From Vicugna vicugna (lineage: Eukaryota): 64,000 nt of DNA. Shown one piece after another: positions 39,936-52,559 of this stretch. The DNA is taken from contig MU057796.1 of the NCBI GenBank assembly GCA_013265495.1, positions 496,001 through 560,000 of the forward strand, written 5' to 3'. The first letter of the stretch is position 1, and each line of letters starts with the position of its first letter. The notes below the pieces were generated by a model that saw only the letters and a program-made list of their open reading frames with translations, did no database searches and had not been told where the DNA came from. The position numbers and the translations under genes were made by a program.

Positions 39936-41699
39936 ATAACTAAAGTGATTGTCCCATCCATGCAATTAAATTTTCCTTGGGACAAAAAAAGTTTTAAACG
40001 AACTGCCTGTCTTCAGCTATTTTTGATCAAAAGTCATTCTAAAATTCACACCACCCCAAGGTTCACAGTATTCTTTATCAAGATCAACAAAACAATGTGA
40101 ATTCAGAATTCAGCTGTTCAAAGAACCCTTGTCACATTAATTAGGCAAAATATTCTCTAGAAAATTAAAAATTAAAACGACCATTATTGGTACAAACAAG
40201 TGTGAAAAATATACAAGAAGACAATAAGACCTTTAAAATGACATGTAATAATGTGACAGTTATGTATCATAAAAGGAAATATATTAGGGGGAAGGAAGAA
40301 AAAATATTTAATTGGGTGGGAAAGGGAAATCATTATCTGATTTCAAAGATCAGAGCTGTGAGTACACTAGGGACTGGAAGAAAAAAATGTAAGAAATTTG
40401 GAAGATAGAAGTGAGAATACAGAGGCGATAGACTAACCAAAGCGTCCTTGATATCCAGCAGGGTGGCACTGTAATACCCTGCCAGGCTGGAAACTAAGAA
40501 TCAGTTTACAAACAAACAGCCAAAAGATTATGCACCTTAACGGCTGTCTTCACCTCAAGAACAAATGCCCAATAAGACAGACAACTGAGCATCACTTTCA
40601 GGAATTTTTAAAAAATTGATTTGAATGTGACAGGTATATTTCCAGAAAACACTCAATTTGTCAATCTAGTGCTTCTGCAGAATTTTACTATTGTTACTGA
40701 GGAAGAGATTGTTCCCCACTCTCACTTCATTTCTTATGATGCTCATTCATTGGCTTTATTTGGGGGTCTCATAATCTAGAGACTGAAATTGTGTACAAAA
40801 AAAATTCATCCCTTTCTGATTTCCACTGCCTCTCTGAGCTTTATGCAATATTGTATAAATAAGGCGTTTATTGCATACATATTTTTAAAAAATCTATACC
40901 GTTCTTCCTAACAGCTCCTCATTAGTGAAGACAGGCCCATAGTTTGGATATTAATTTCCCTCTGTCTCAGAGTGAATCGATGCTGCTTCACTTCTTGTTA
41001 CTGCTATTTGTGACCTTCCAAAGTGTAGACCCTTGGAAATAAAAACCATAGAAACATGATTTGCTGGAAAGCAAGGATTCCCATAAAAATTTTTAAAGTT
41101 CCCTGACTCACAAAGTAATTGCACATTTTGATTTTGTTACTGTTGTCATGTGAGTAGCTGTTTCTGTAGCCAATTTGGTTATAAAATGTGGCTACTTACA
41201 GCACAGAACTGTTTGTTGAACCATATGAATAGATGTTATCTCATAATTGGTATTAATACATAGAAATAGCTTTGGCATGTGGAAATTGGAAGGTACTTGG
41301 AGAAACAAACCCTAAATGTCACTTGGCAACAGTTGACGGGTGTTAAATTCATGCGTTTTGCTAAGATTCATTTGGGAAAGAGAATTATGCGTGAAAAATC
41401 TCATAATCTTTCACAAATTCATTAATATCTTTTACATTATGTGATGAATTTTTTAAACTCAAGTTTGCAAAACAATTTAGGCTTCCCAGTAAACTCTTTT
41501 TAAAATAAGGTTGAAGTTGAACAGAAATCAGGATCTAATGGGTCTGGTGGGCATGGCTAAATTAAACAACTTACTGTGCATATTTTGCATGGTACTTTTC
41601 ACAATTAAACCTAGGAATTATATTAAGTTAAGAAAAAAACCTTTAAAGCCAGCATTAGATTTTTTTTTTTCTTCCTTACTGGGACTTTATTTCCCGGTC

Positions 41700-43535
41700 A
41701 GAAAAGGAGAAGCAGGGACAGGCTCCTGTGTGTTCCAGGCCCAGGCCTGACCGGGGAAGGGACAGGAGGGGAGGGGCAGGGCACGGCTCCAGCTGTGCAA
41801 GCTTGGTCCCACAGTTGTCCTGTCTGGGTCCGAGGAGGGCCTGCTGGGGACGGTGGCACCGAGCCTGGGGCAGAGGCGGCAGGCCGGTGGGCCCAGAGGA
41901 CGGCACATACGGAGGCAATAAATACTGACAGGCCAGGCACACGACTCCAGGCCGGGAGGCCCAGGAGGGACGAGTAAGGCTCGGCCGCTGGCTGTATCCG
42001 CCGAGAGCTCTCTGGTGGGTCTGGGGGCTCTAGGCACTGCCCCCTGGGACAGAGAAGGCAGAGGCGTGAGGTCACCCAGCCTCCCAGGTGGGACTGGAGG
42101 CCACTGGAGTTTTGGCAGTTTGGCTTTCCCAAGCCCCTGGAGCCGTCCCCGAAGCCCTGGCCGAGGAAAGGGGGTTGGCCAGGCCCTGGCAGGTGGGGAG
42201 CAGCAGGGGCACATCCCACACCTTCCTGGGCCTCAGGGCCTGCAGACGGGGTGGGGATTGGGGGAGACCACATGCTCATGCATCACAGGGTTAGAGGTTA
42301 GTGACGCCCCCACGGCATACGTTCCACATGTTAAGGCATCATGGTTAGACGGTTACTGACAGCGATGGGAGGGCTGACCGGGAAAAGTGAAAGCTGAGGA
42401 CGACCCTTGCACAAGGCCCTCCGTGGTACACCCCACCCCGAAGGTGGGGAGACAGATCGGGAGTCGGGGCAACCACAAAGGCCCAAGGGACCTGAACACC
42501 CTGAGACCTCGAAAAAGCCAGGGCCTCAGGGCAGGTCAGGACAGTGGGGGAACCTTAAGGAACACAGAAGGGGAGGTGGAGGCCTGGGTTGGAGCCCCCT
42601 CCCCACCCCAGCACAGGCGGAAGCAGCAACGACACGAGACCACCGAGGAGGCTGGGGCCTGCGGGCTGGGAGGAAGGAGGAGGGACGGGCCAGCAGGAGG
42701 CTGCCCCGGGGAATGGTGGCGGTGGGGGCCGGGCCCTGTCAGCACTTTGGTCTGGGGTGGGGGAGGGGTGGGGTGGGACACGTCCGTCTGTCCGTCTGTC
42801 CGTCCGTCCGCCCGCCCGCCTCCTGGCAGGGGGTCAGTCCTTCCACTCCTTCTTGATGGTGAGGTTCCACTCCCAGGGCAGGTGGTCTGTCCTGTCGCCG
42901 TCTGTGAAGCGGGACTTGATGCTGTAGGGGCCGCGAGCCAGCGTGCCTTTGGGCGCCTCCTCCGGCGGAGTCAGGAACTCGTACCCCTCGCCCGGGGCCG
43001 TAGCGCCCCACCACGTGGTCGGTCTCGTCAGTTCTGCCGCCTTTCCCGTACGTGCGCTGGATGTACTTCACGCCGGACATGACCTCCCGGTTCACCCGGA
43101 AAGCAGTTTTTATCCCGTACTCCACACCCTCCTTCAGCACAAAGGATCGCTTCCTGGAGCTCTCCAGATCACCTGCCAGGTCCAGCTCCAGGGGGCCCGG
43201 GGCGGTGCTACACACCAGGGTCCGGCGGGTCACCACGACGTCGGGGACGCTGCGGTCTGCGGGCACAGCCACGCGGCCCAGCAGGGCCTCCCTGTACTTG
43301 CGCAGACCCTCGTCGTCCTGGTCCAGCTCCTGGACCTCCTGGATGCTCTTCTGGGCCGGGGGCTTGTGGTTGACCGAATGCTCATCCTCCTCGGTCTCGG
43401 CCGCAGTCTGGGCCAGCTGCTCGGCCGTGGGCTCCCGTTCGGCCCTGCTCACCTCTAGCTGCGTCCGGGACGCTGGAGTCTCGACCGCGCCGCCCTCGTG
43501 CTCCCTCCCGCACGGAATGACGAACGTAGCTGCCC
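41700..43535. promoter_or_regulatory. GC-/CpG-rich island coincident with the ARHGDIA retrocopy (densest at ~42780-43535)
   Basis: Abrupt switch to high GC with many CpGs in otherwise CpG-depleted AT-rich DNA; regulatory activity not shown. Confidence 0.6.
42781..42820. repeat. (GTCC/GCCC)n short tandem repeat at the start of the retrocopy 3'UTR
   Basis: cgtccgtctgtccgtctgtccgtccgtccgcccgcccgcc. Confidence 0.8.
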
Positions 43536-44099
43536 CCAGCATTTTAAATCTCCATTTAAAAAAAATAGAATAAATAAAAGAAAAATTTAGGTATTAAATA
43601 TATATACTATGCATGTATATTTTCAAACAAGAACTTCAGCAAAACTACAATTATCTCCAAAGGAGATAGTGAAAATTCCCCAAATACATTTAATAGAAAA
43701 TCTTAAATACAATTAAACCTATCAATCTATCGTGTTAGGAAAGATAGTATTGTGAAAACCAATCTGTATTTCTACTACTGTTTGCCATGATATTTTGCTA
43801 CTCCCCTGATCATGGTTTTTTTTTTTTAATATAATTTACTATGTAGCACTAGAAAGAAATATAAGCCATGATCAACACCCCAAAATAAACAAAAATAAGT
43901 ATTTAAAGAACCCTGAGACTAGTAGACCTGAAAGTGAATTAAGTGTCCTTGCTCTATAATTTAGCATCCAGGTCATCCTTCTATCTCTCCAGCTTTGAAT
44001 CATATCCCACATTTTAAGATTTTATCACCTACTACTTTTCAGTGTGGATGTTATCTGTGAACTTACTTATTTCTCTACAGTTTTAGGTCCTTTATCATG

Positions 44100-44945
44100 T
44101 CATTCTTTCCATTATTATTTTAAAATTTCAACCCACAAAGAGATGATCCTTCCAATCCTTTGGTCTCTCAATTCCATGAACTCCTCTCCAGCAACAATCA
44201 TATACTCCATCCAACCTCAGGCTCACTCTCATGACCGAGCCCCAGACCTTCACATGAACAATATCTAGAATGCATCCAGAATCTCAGTTCCAACCCATGA
44301 CCATCACCTCCTGTCATTATAGCTCCCTCCCCCCTGTATTATTCCAGGTCCAACAATCCTTTGTAACCATTGAGACTGCCAATTTATTAATGCCACAACT
44401 TCTTAACTGTCTTTAATTCAACTTGTGTTTTTTCTCCCTTTCTCTCATTCTTCCTCAAATTCCTTGGTCTTCATGAACACTCTTGTTACATACAGTCATG
44501 GTTCTCTTGCATTACTCTTTTTCATACTCAGGGGGCAATCCTTCACATTAAGTGCTAGGTTTTATCCTACCTCACCTACTCAAAAACATTGCTCCAGCAA
44601 TTTCTCTCCCCTTCATCATCAACGTTTTGTGCTAGATCGGATTATTCCCATCAGCATGCAAATATATCATTATTTCTCTGAAATTACTTCTAAATTGTTT
44701 TCTTGATCCCTGTTTCATTACCACTTACTTCCCTATTTCTTTGTCCCTCTTTGCAATAGAATTTCTTAAAAGAGTTATTGTCTCACTGTCCTCTACCTCT
44801 ATCCCCCCAGTTCCTCTTATAATCCTCCAATTTACTACATCAAAGTCATTAATTATTACCTCTGTGTTGCTGAATCAGCCAATTCTGAGTTCTCATTGCT
44901 CTTGAGCAATGAAAACTTTGATATAGCTAGCCACCCCCTTCTCTT
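44100..44945 (+). mobile_element. Degenerate L2 fragments
   Basis: C/T-rich L2-like motifs (gaccatcacctcctgtcatt, attcccatcagcatgcaaata, aattctgagttctcattgctcttga). Confidence 0.55.
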
Positions 44946-47400
44946 TATTTTTAAAGGTTAGTTATTTGTGACAAAATATACATAACATTTTAGCCATTTT
45001 AGCCATTTTTAAGTATACAATTCAGTGTCATAGGTATATTCACAATGTTGTACAGCTATCACCACTGTTCCTTTCCAGAACTTCTTCAGCATCCAAAAAA
45101 CGGAAACTCTGCACCCATTAAATAGTAACTCCCCATTTTTCCTTCCTTTAGCACCTGGCAACCTTTATTCTATTTTCTATCTCTATGAATTTGCCTCTAG
45201 TACATACCGCATATAAGTGGAATTAGAATATTCGTCTGTTTGTATCTGTCTTACTTCATTTAGCATGAGGATTTTGAGGTTCATTCATGTTGCAGCATGT
45301 ATCAGAATTTCATTCCTTTTCAAAGCTATGGCATTCTATTGCAAGTATATACATTTTATTTATTCATTCATCTGTCGATGACATTTGGGTTGTTTCCACC
45401 TTTTGCGTGTTGTGAATAATGCTGCAGTGAGCATTGGTGCTCAAGTATATGAGTTCATTTTTCATTCAATTGGGTATCTACTTGTGGGTGAAACTGCTGC
45501 ATCAAATGGTACTTTTACAATTAATTTTTTGAAAAATCATCAAACTTTAATACACTGTACACTATTTTACATTTCTACCAGCAGTATATGAGATTTCCAA
45601 AATTTCCACATTCTCAGCAACACTGTTTATTTTCTGTTAGTTTGGTAATGCCTGGTGGGTGTGAAATGGTATCTCATTGTGGATTTGACTTTTATTTCTC
45701 TAGTGTCTAGTGAGTTGAACATCTTTTTCATGTGCTTATTGGCCATTTGTATACCCACCCCTTTGAAGAAATGTCTATACACACCCTTTGCTCATTTTTG
45801 AATTTGCTTGTTGCTTATTTTTATTGCATTATAGGACTTTTATATATTATTAGATAGATTATTTTAAATATTTTCTCACACTCTGTGAGGTTTTTTTTCA
45901 CTTTCTTAACAGCATCTCTTTTTTCCTTTTGTTTCCTGTGCTTTTGCAATGTCCAATAAGTTATTGCCAAATCCAAAGTCATGAAGATTCCCCCCTATGT
46001 TTTCTTCTAAGATTTTTCATTTTAGTTCCTAAATTTGGGCTTTTGATTTATTTTGAGTTAATTTTTGTATATGATGTGAGGCCCGTCTTCATTCTTTGTT
46101 TAGGAATATCTAGTTTTCTCAACACCATTTGTTGAGAACACGTCCCTTACTGAATGGTCTTGGCACCTTTGTTTAAACTCAGTTGACTATACTTAAGGAT
46201 TCAGTTCTGGGCTCTGTATTGCATTCATCTATGTCTGTCTTTATTCTGGCACCATACTCTTATAATTATTGTACCTTGGTAGCAAATTTTGAAATCAGGA
46301 CATGTCGGCATTCCAACTTTGTTCTTTTTCAAGATTGTTTTGGTTATTTTGGGTCCCTTGAGGTCCCATGTGAATTTTTGATCGGTTTTTAACTTATGCA
46401 AAAAATGCCACTGAATTTTTGATAGATATGGTATTGAATCTGTAGATAGTTTTTGGTAGAACTGTCATTTTGACAATATTAAATCTTCCAGTCTAGGAAC
46501 ACAAAATGTCTTCCCTTTTATTTGTGTCTTATTTAATTTCTTTTAGCAATGTTTGTAATTTCCACTGTACTAGTCTTCTGCCCCCTTGGCTGAATTTATT
46601 CCTAAGTGTGTTATTAATTTGATATGATAAAGGGAATTATTTTCTTAATTTCCTTCTAGAATTGTTCATTGCTAGTGTATAGAAACTGATTTTTGTTTGT
46701 TTATTTTATGTTCTATAAATTTGCTGAATTTGTTTGTTGGCTCTAACAGTTTATGGTACTTTTTAGGGGTTTTTACATATAAGATCATGTCATTTATAAA
46801 TAAAGATCATTTCATGTTACTTATTAAGAAAGATAATTTTTCCTTTCTAATTTGGGTTCTTTATTTATTTTTTTAAAATTTCTTTATTTAGCCTAACTGC
46901 TCTGATCAGAACTTCCCAGACTATGTTGAATAGATGTGGGAAAAGTAGATGTCTTTTTCTTATTTCCTGATCTTAAAGGGGAAACACTAAGTTTTTCACC
47001 ATTGAGTATGATGTTAGCTGTCGGTTTTTCAAATATAGCTTCCATTATGTTTAGAAGTTTTCTTTCTTTACTGGTTTATGGTTTACTGTTTTTTGTTTTG
47101 CATTTTTTTAATCATGAAAGGGTGTTGAATTTTTTAATATGTTTTGCTTCAAAAATTGGGATTACACAGCTTTATGTCTTTATTAATGTGATGTTTTATG
47201 ATGATTGATTTTCCATATGTTGTGCCATCTTTGCATTCCAATAATAAATCCTACTTGGTCATGGTGTGTAATTCTTTTAACATGCTGCTGAATTCTGTAC
47301 TAGAATGTTGTTGAGGGTTTTTGTATCCATATTCCCGAGTTTTCTTGTTGTAACTTTAGCTTTAGTATCTTCCCAATGCTGATCTCATAGAATGAGTTGA
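44946..47400 (-). mobile_element. LINE-1 (L1MB-like) 3' ~2.4 kb
   Basis: Antisense 3'UTR (ccatttttaagtatacaattcagtg) followed by continuous ORF2 homology. Confidence 0.85.
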
Positions 47401-48460
47401 GGACAAATTCCTACAAATGTACAATCTCCCAAGACTGAATTAGGAAGAAATAGGAAATATGAAGAGACTGATCTCTAGTAGTGAAGGTGAATCAGTAATT
47501 TAAAAAAAACCTCCCAAAAACAAAATTCCAAAACCAACTTCACAGGTGAATTCAACCAAACATTTAAAGAAGTGTTAACATTTATTCTCAAACTGTTCCA
47601 AATATTGCAGAGGAAGTAATGCTTCTAAATGCATTCTGTGAGGCCAGCGTCATTCTGATTCCAAAACCAGATAAAGATATCACAAAAAGAAAATTATAGG
47701 ACAACTTCATTTATATACAGAATCTAAAAAACAAAACAAAGGAACAAACATAACAAAACAGAAACAGAGTCACAGATACAGAGAACAAATAAGTGGTTGC
47801 CAGACAAGAGGAGTGTTGGGGATTGAGAGAAATAGGTGACGGAAATTAAGAGGTACAAATTTCCAGTTATGGGTATGAAATGTACAGTATGAGTAATGTA
47901 GTTAATCATTATGTAGTATCTTTGTATTGTGACAGATTGTAACTAGACTTATTGTGATGATCATTTTGAAGGGTATTATTAAATTAAATTAAATATTAAA
48001 TCACTATGTTGTGCACTAGGAACTAACAAAGTGTTGTAGGTCAATTATAATTCAAAAACAAATAGTAAACTCATAGAAAAAGAGATCAGATTTGTGCTTA
48101 CCAGAGGTGGGGTGTGGATGTAGGGGGAATTGGATGAAGGTAGTCAAAAAGTACAAACTTCCAGTTGTAAAATAAATAAGTACTAGGGATGTGATGTACA
48201 ACATGATAAATATAATTAACACTGCTGCATATTATATATGAAACTTGTTAAGTGTTCTTATCACAAGGAAAAAATTTTTTCCTTTTCTTTAATTTTGTAT
48301 CTATAGGAGATGATAGATGTTCACTAGACTTATTGTGATAATCACTTCATGATATATGTAACTCAAATCTTTATGCTGATCCTTACACATCTTAAACTTA
48401 CATAGTGGTATGCATGTATTTATCTATATTTATATCTCAATAAAACTGAAAGAAATTTTT
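47401..48460 (+). mobile_element. LINE-1 ORF2 fragment joined to a long L1 3'UTR
   Basis: ggacaaattccta...caagactgaattaggaagaaatag (ORF2) to ~47705, then 3'UTR motifs ending tatatctcaataaaactg. Confidence 0.78.
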
Positions 48461-49674
48461 AAAATAAAATTATTAAAAATATTTATTTCAAGATGGCAAA
48501 ATTCACTGCTCTCATTTTTATTGTCCTGCCTTCTATTGTCATGGGCTGTATTACTCATTTTTATCGCTAACATATATCACATGTTAGAAGTGTTATAAAT
48601 GTTTATTGAACAGGGAAGTGAGAAGAAAATACTTTTAACTTTTTAAGTTCAAGTCTGCTTTTTTAAAAATGGTACCAACGTCAATTGGCTATTCTTCCTC
48701 TAGAGGTTCTGATATATCGATAACCAGAGTTAAGCCCCTTAAGGTATTTATGCTAAACAAACAAGAGTTTTATTTAACAAAAGCAAAACTACTCACTCAT
48801 TAGTTTTGATCAATTGCTATGCAGTCACTTTCATTAGACTGTTTAATTTGAACCACAATTAGATTTTATCCTTTTAAAAGATAAAGCAGATTCCCCAGCC
48901 ATTAATTAAAGGGTCTGACTAAAGTTGGTTACAAGATGGATGTTACATACCTTTCACTGATGATCCAGCTCAGCAAAATAGTATACTTCTGGTTTGAAAA
49001 GCAAACACTGTGACTCTAATAATGAAAACTTTAGTTTCTTACTGGAGCAGGCAGACAGGAACTCATAGAGTACTTTCAGATGTGCTAGTATATATAACAC
49101 TCTGCTCCCTGGCCTTCAGTAAGGAATCACACAGTGTATCCCAACATAAAAAATCCGTGAATGATATTCTTTTATAGGAATGTGAATTTATAGATTTAAT
49201 TTATAAATTGAAAATGGGATTAATGTCTAAATGATGTTCTATATAATTCTTGCCCCTCCTTAAAATGATGGAGTGAAATACTTGTTCTCAACTGACCAGA
49301 TTCCTTGTGACATATTTGTCTCAAAGGCAGTGGCAGCTCAAAAGAGGAAGTTTCTGCTCCTTGGGGAGGCGGGACCCCGGCAATTGCCAGTAATACTCCC
49401 ATCTGCTCTTAGCATTCTTCTGCCTTTATCCCTTTATGAAGGATCTCAAAGGAACTTTCCCATGTGATAAAATCTAAATAAATATTTTGAATAAATCACC
49501 CAACTGGAGGAGATAAGTTGAATAGGACATTTAAATTACCAAAAATATCACATGATCATATATGAAATGATCTATATGTGTATAACAAATCACTTGCTTA
49601 AAAATATCAAACTCCTATGTGATGCCATATGCCATGTCTTTTAAATGCTGGAAGCTTCTTTGCTAAAACTCGGG

Positions 49675-49900
49675 AAGAGAGTGTAATACACTGGTAAAGA
49701 GCATGGACACAGGTGTCTAGCTGCCTGCTCTTCTACTGCTACTAAAGACCCGGTGACCTTGTGCATCTATCTAACCCTGCAAGACTCTCATCTTTAACAC
49801 GGTGCCTTTTCATAGATTTGTGGTTAAAATTAAAAGAGATTTTCATGCACAATGTCAAGTACATATTAAGTACCCAGTATGTTTTACTTTTTATTATTAG
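49675..49900 (+). mobile_element. MIR SINE
   Basis: ggtaaagagcatggac...gtgaccttg...catagatttgtggttaaaattaaaagagat. Confidence 0.6.
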
Positions 49901-50842
49901 TTGTGGTTCTTTGTTTTTCCACTAAGTATTGTGTAACATGGAGCCTACGTCCACCCCTGCTTGCTTGTCCTGTATTAGAAAGGGGGGGCATGTCATCATC
50001 CTTATGCTAATTCAGGCAAAAAGTCTGATGCAGGTGAAGGGTGAAGGGAAGATTCAGAAACAAAATCAGTGATAGGTGGTATTTCCTTGTGAGGCTACAT
50101 AGGTTTATTATGCTTGTGCTCGGCTTTAAAATCAGAAAAGGAAGTAGGATGGATATCATTAGAGTGTCCCCCTATCCTAGTACTCATGAAGGTCTTATTG
50201 AATTCTTAGTCACTGTACAGCCAAGTACACAATAAAAAGGAAACGCTGAACATTTTCTGGGGCATTTCCAATCCCCCAGAGCATTCCGGCTTAGGTTAGA
50301 AGCAAGTTTTATTTTCTCAGTTTGGATAGATACACTGTAGTACCAAGTGGAAGAAAAGAAGATAACAGGCGTCAATCATACTGTTTAGGTTATATTATCT
50401 GATCCCCATCAACCTTTTTTGCCTTAGTAATTGGTCCAGCCAAGGGAATGCATGCCCACCCCAAGACAGTAGGGGTCTTCCCCCTGGGTCTGGGTTAAAG
50501 CTTCTCTTCGCACTGGCAATGAATTTGAAGGTATATTATCCCAGAGCCACTGTCAGCTGTGACCACTGCCAAATAGAGGAAACTAGTGGGAAAGAATAAA
50601 GCCGATACGGACAAGAGATAGTGAGAACATCCTGGCAGTGGTAGAATTTATTTTCAGTCATCCCTATTCTTCTCAAGATAAGATAGCTTAGGTTATAAAT
50701 TTATGAATTGCCCCTACAACCTTCTAGTAACTTCTCATAATGCCCTCAGTCCAACCTATCACCTTCCATGTTGTGTAGTTGGTAGGCACGACTGAACATA
50801 AAAAATATATATATTTAAACCTTAAAATCACCTACTGTTTAT

Positions 50843-51868
50843 TTATTTATGGTCCAACATATAATAACTTTTGGGAAATATTCCATAGACTTTTGTAAAA
50901 AAAAAAAAGGTAAATTATCATTGCTGGGTGATGTATTAGATATATGTCAATTAGGTCAAGGTTAGTAGTTTTGTTAATCAGAAATTCTGTGTTCTTTCTG
51001 GGTTTTTTTCTGCTTATTTTGTCAACTCTTGAGAGAAATGAGTTAAAGTTCCCAACTATAATTTGATTCTTTATTACTGTGTTCTTGGCAATGGTGCTGG
51101 GGTCTTTTATAAATTATCCTATTTGGTCTTCACAAAAATCCCACACAGTGTTGTAGCAGAGAACGGGGGTACAAAGTGACTAAGTGACTTACACTGAGAG
51201 GAAGAATGACGACTCAAATTCTTATCTGTGTAGCTTATTTAGACTACTGGTAATGATGTTATGGAGTGTAGGTATTTTTAATCTATTGCACTTGCTGAAG
51301 CACTCCAAAACTAACAAAAATAAAATTGAGAATAAAACACTGTCTTTGGTGAAATTAGACCATGACTATGGAGACTATGACTCCGACACACAGAAAGAAA
51401 TAGCTTCCAGATTTAGTGCAATTTGGAGCAAATTAAGAGAGGGCACAGGAGCTAATGTAAGCAGCAGATGTAGATATTTCTAAGAGTTAATAGTAAACTC
51501 CTAAAAATTCCAATTAGTATTTAATTTTCTTAGAAAAACAAAGTCTACAGGCCTGAATAGACCAAAGACAAATAGGGAAATTCCTGTAAAAAGTTATTTT
51601 GACACTATGAAAAGAAAACAGCACTAAAAGGAGAAATGGATTAATCCACCATTAAATTATAGTTGGGAACTTTAACTCATTTCTCTCAATAGTTGACAAA
51701 ACAAGCAGAAGAAATCAGAAAGAACATAGAGGTTTTGATTAACAAAACTATCTACCCTGATCTAATAACATATATATAGTATATCACCCAGCAATGATAA
51801 TTCAAATTCTTTACAAATCCCTTTGGAATACCTCCTCCAGATTATTATATGCTGGACTGTAAATAAAA
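50843..51868. repeat. ~220-bp inverted repeat of an old L1 ORF2 (endonuclease-region) segment, arms 50843-51064 and 51654-51868
   Basis: The arms align as reverse complements; the innermost 36 bp are identical. Confidence 0.85.
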
Positions 51869-52559
51869 CCTTAATACATTTCAGTGATTGAAATAATTCA
51901 GAATGTGTTCTCTAGTGTTCTCTAATGGCAGTGGAATCAAGCTAGAAATCAATAACAAAAACATAACTAAAATTCCCAAGCTACCTCAAAATTACATAAG
52001 AATTCTTAAAATGTTATACAGAAATTAATACAAAAAGACACCTCCAGAAACCTTCCGTTCAGTAAAGATAAGATATAAAAATTTGTCATCATTCTTCCTC
52101 TTAGCAGTTGTGTGTACAAGTCATTTAGACACTTTGTATGCTAGTTCCATTCAGTATCCTTTGCATATTCATAAAAATATCTTTATATTTGGCAATAAAG
52201 TAACAAATTACTAAAGGAGGAAACATGGTTAATTACATTCTATAAATATAATAAAATATTAAAAAATATAAGAAAACAATACTGGGATGTTAAAAATTTG
52301 ACTTGTTTTAAAAAGGCTTTGGTTAAAAAAAATAAAAACACAGTTGCATTTTTAATGTTATTGTAAACAACATAATTCAGGATGAATGGGGTAACATTTA
52401 ATGCAGTGCTTTGAGGAAATTTCATAGCCTTCAACAGTTCCTAAAAAAGAATAAAAATAATTAAACATTCAGTGCAAGAAAATTATAAAGGGAACAAAAA
52501 GGAAAAGTACAAAAAAAAAGACAAACAAAAGATTAATTCACCAATGAAAAACACTAGAA

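Larger units (their letters stand above)
41660..43535 (-). pseudogene. ARHGDIA: Processed (retro)pseudogene of Rho GDP-dissociation inhibitor 1, full-length mRNA copy with 5'UTR, CDS and ~1.15 kb 3'UTR
   Basis: Intronless translation AEREPTAEQLAQ..EEDEHSVN.KPPAQKSIQE.QELD...SFVLKEGVEY...[13 protein letters not shown]. Former CDS 43446->42834 is 613 nt versus 615 expected for 204 aa. Start ATG is now AGG; net 2-nt deletion near 42985-42995. AATAAA at 41691-41686; poly-A remnant 41670-41660; TSD core ccagcatt at 41649-41656 and 43536-43543 with a TT/AAAA L1-endonuclease site. Confidence 0.97.

Noticed and set aside
42834..43446. Functional ARHGDIA gene
   Set aside because: No introns, poly-A remnant and TSD, lost start codon, frameshift, and many radical changes at conserved residues.
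42834..43446. ADAR hyper-editing of the mRNA before retrotransposition as the cause of divergence
   Set aside because: Editing gives only A->G on the sense strand; T->C, T->G and A->C changes are also common here.
41676..43573. Many long overlapping ORFs (up to 231 aa) on both strands
   Set aside because: By-products of very high GC in the ARHGDIA retrocopy 3'UTR and antisense strand; low-complexity G/P/R/A peptides with no recognisable family.
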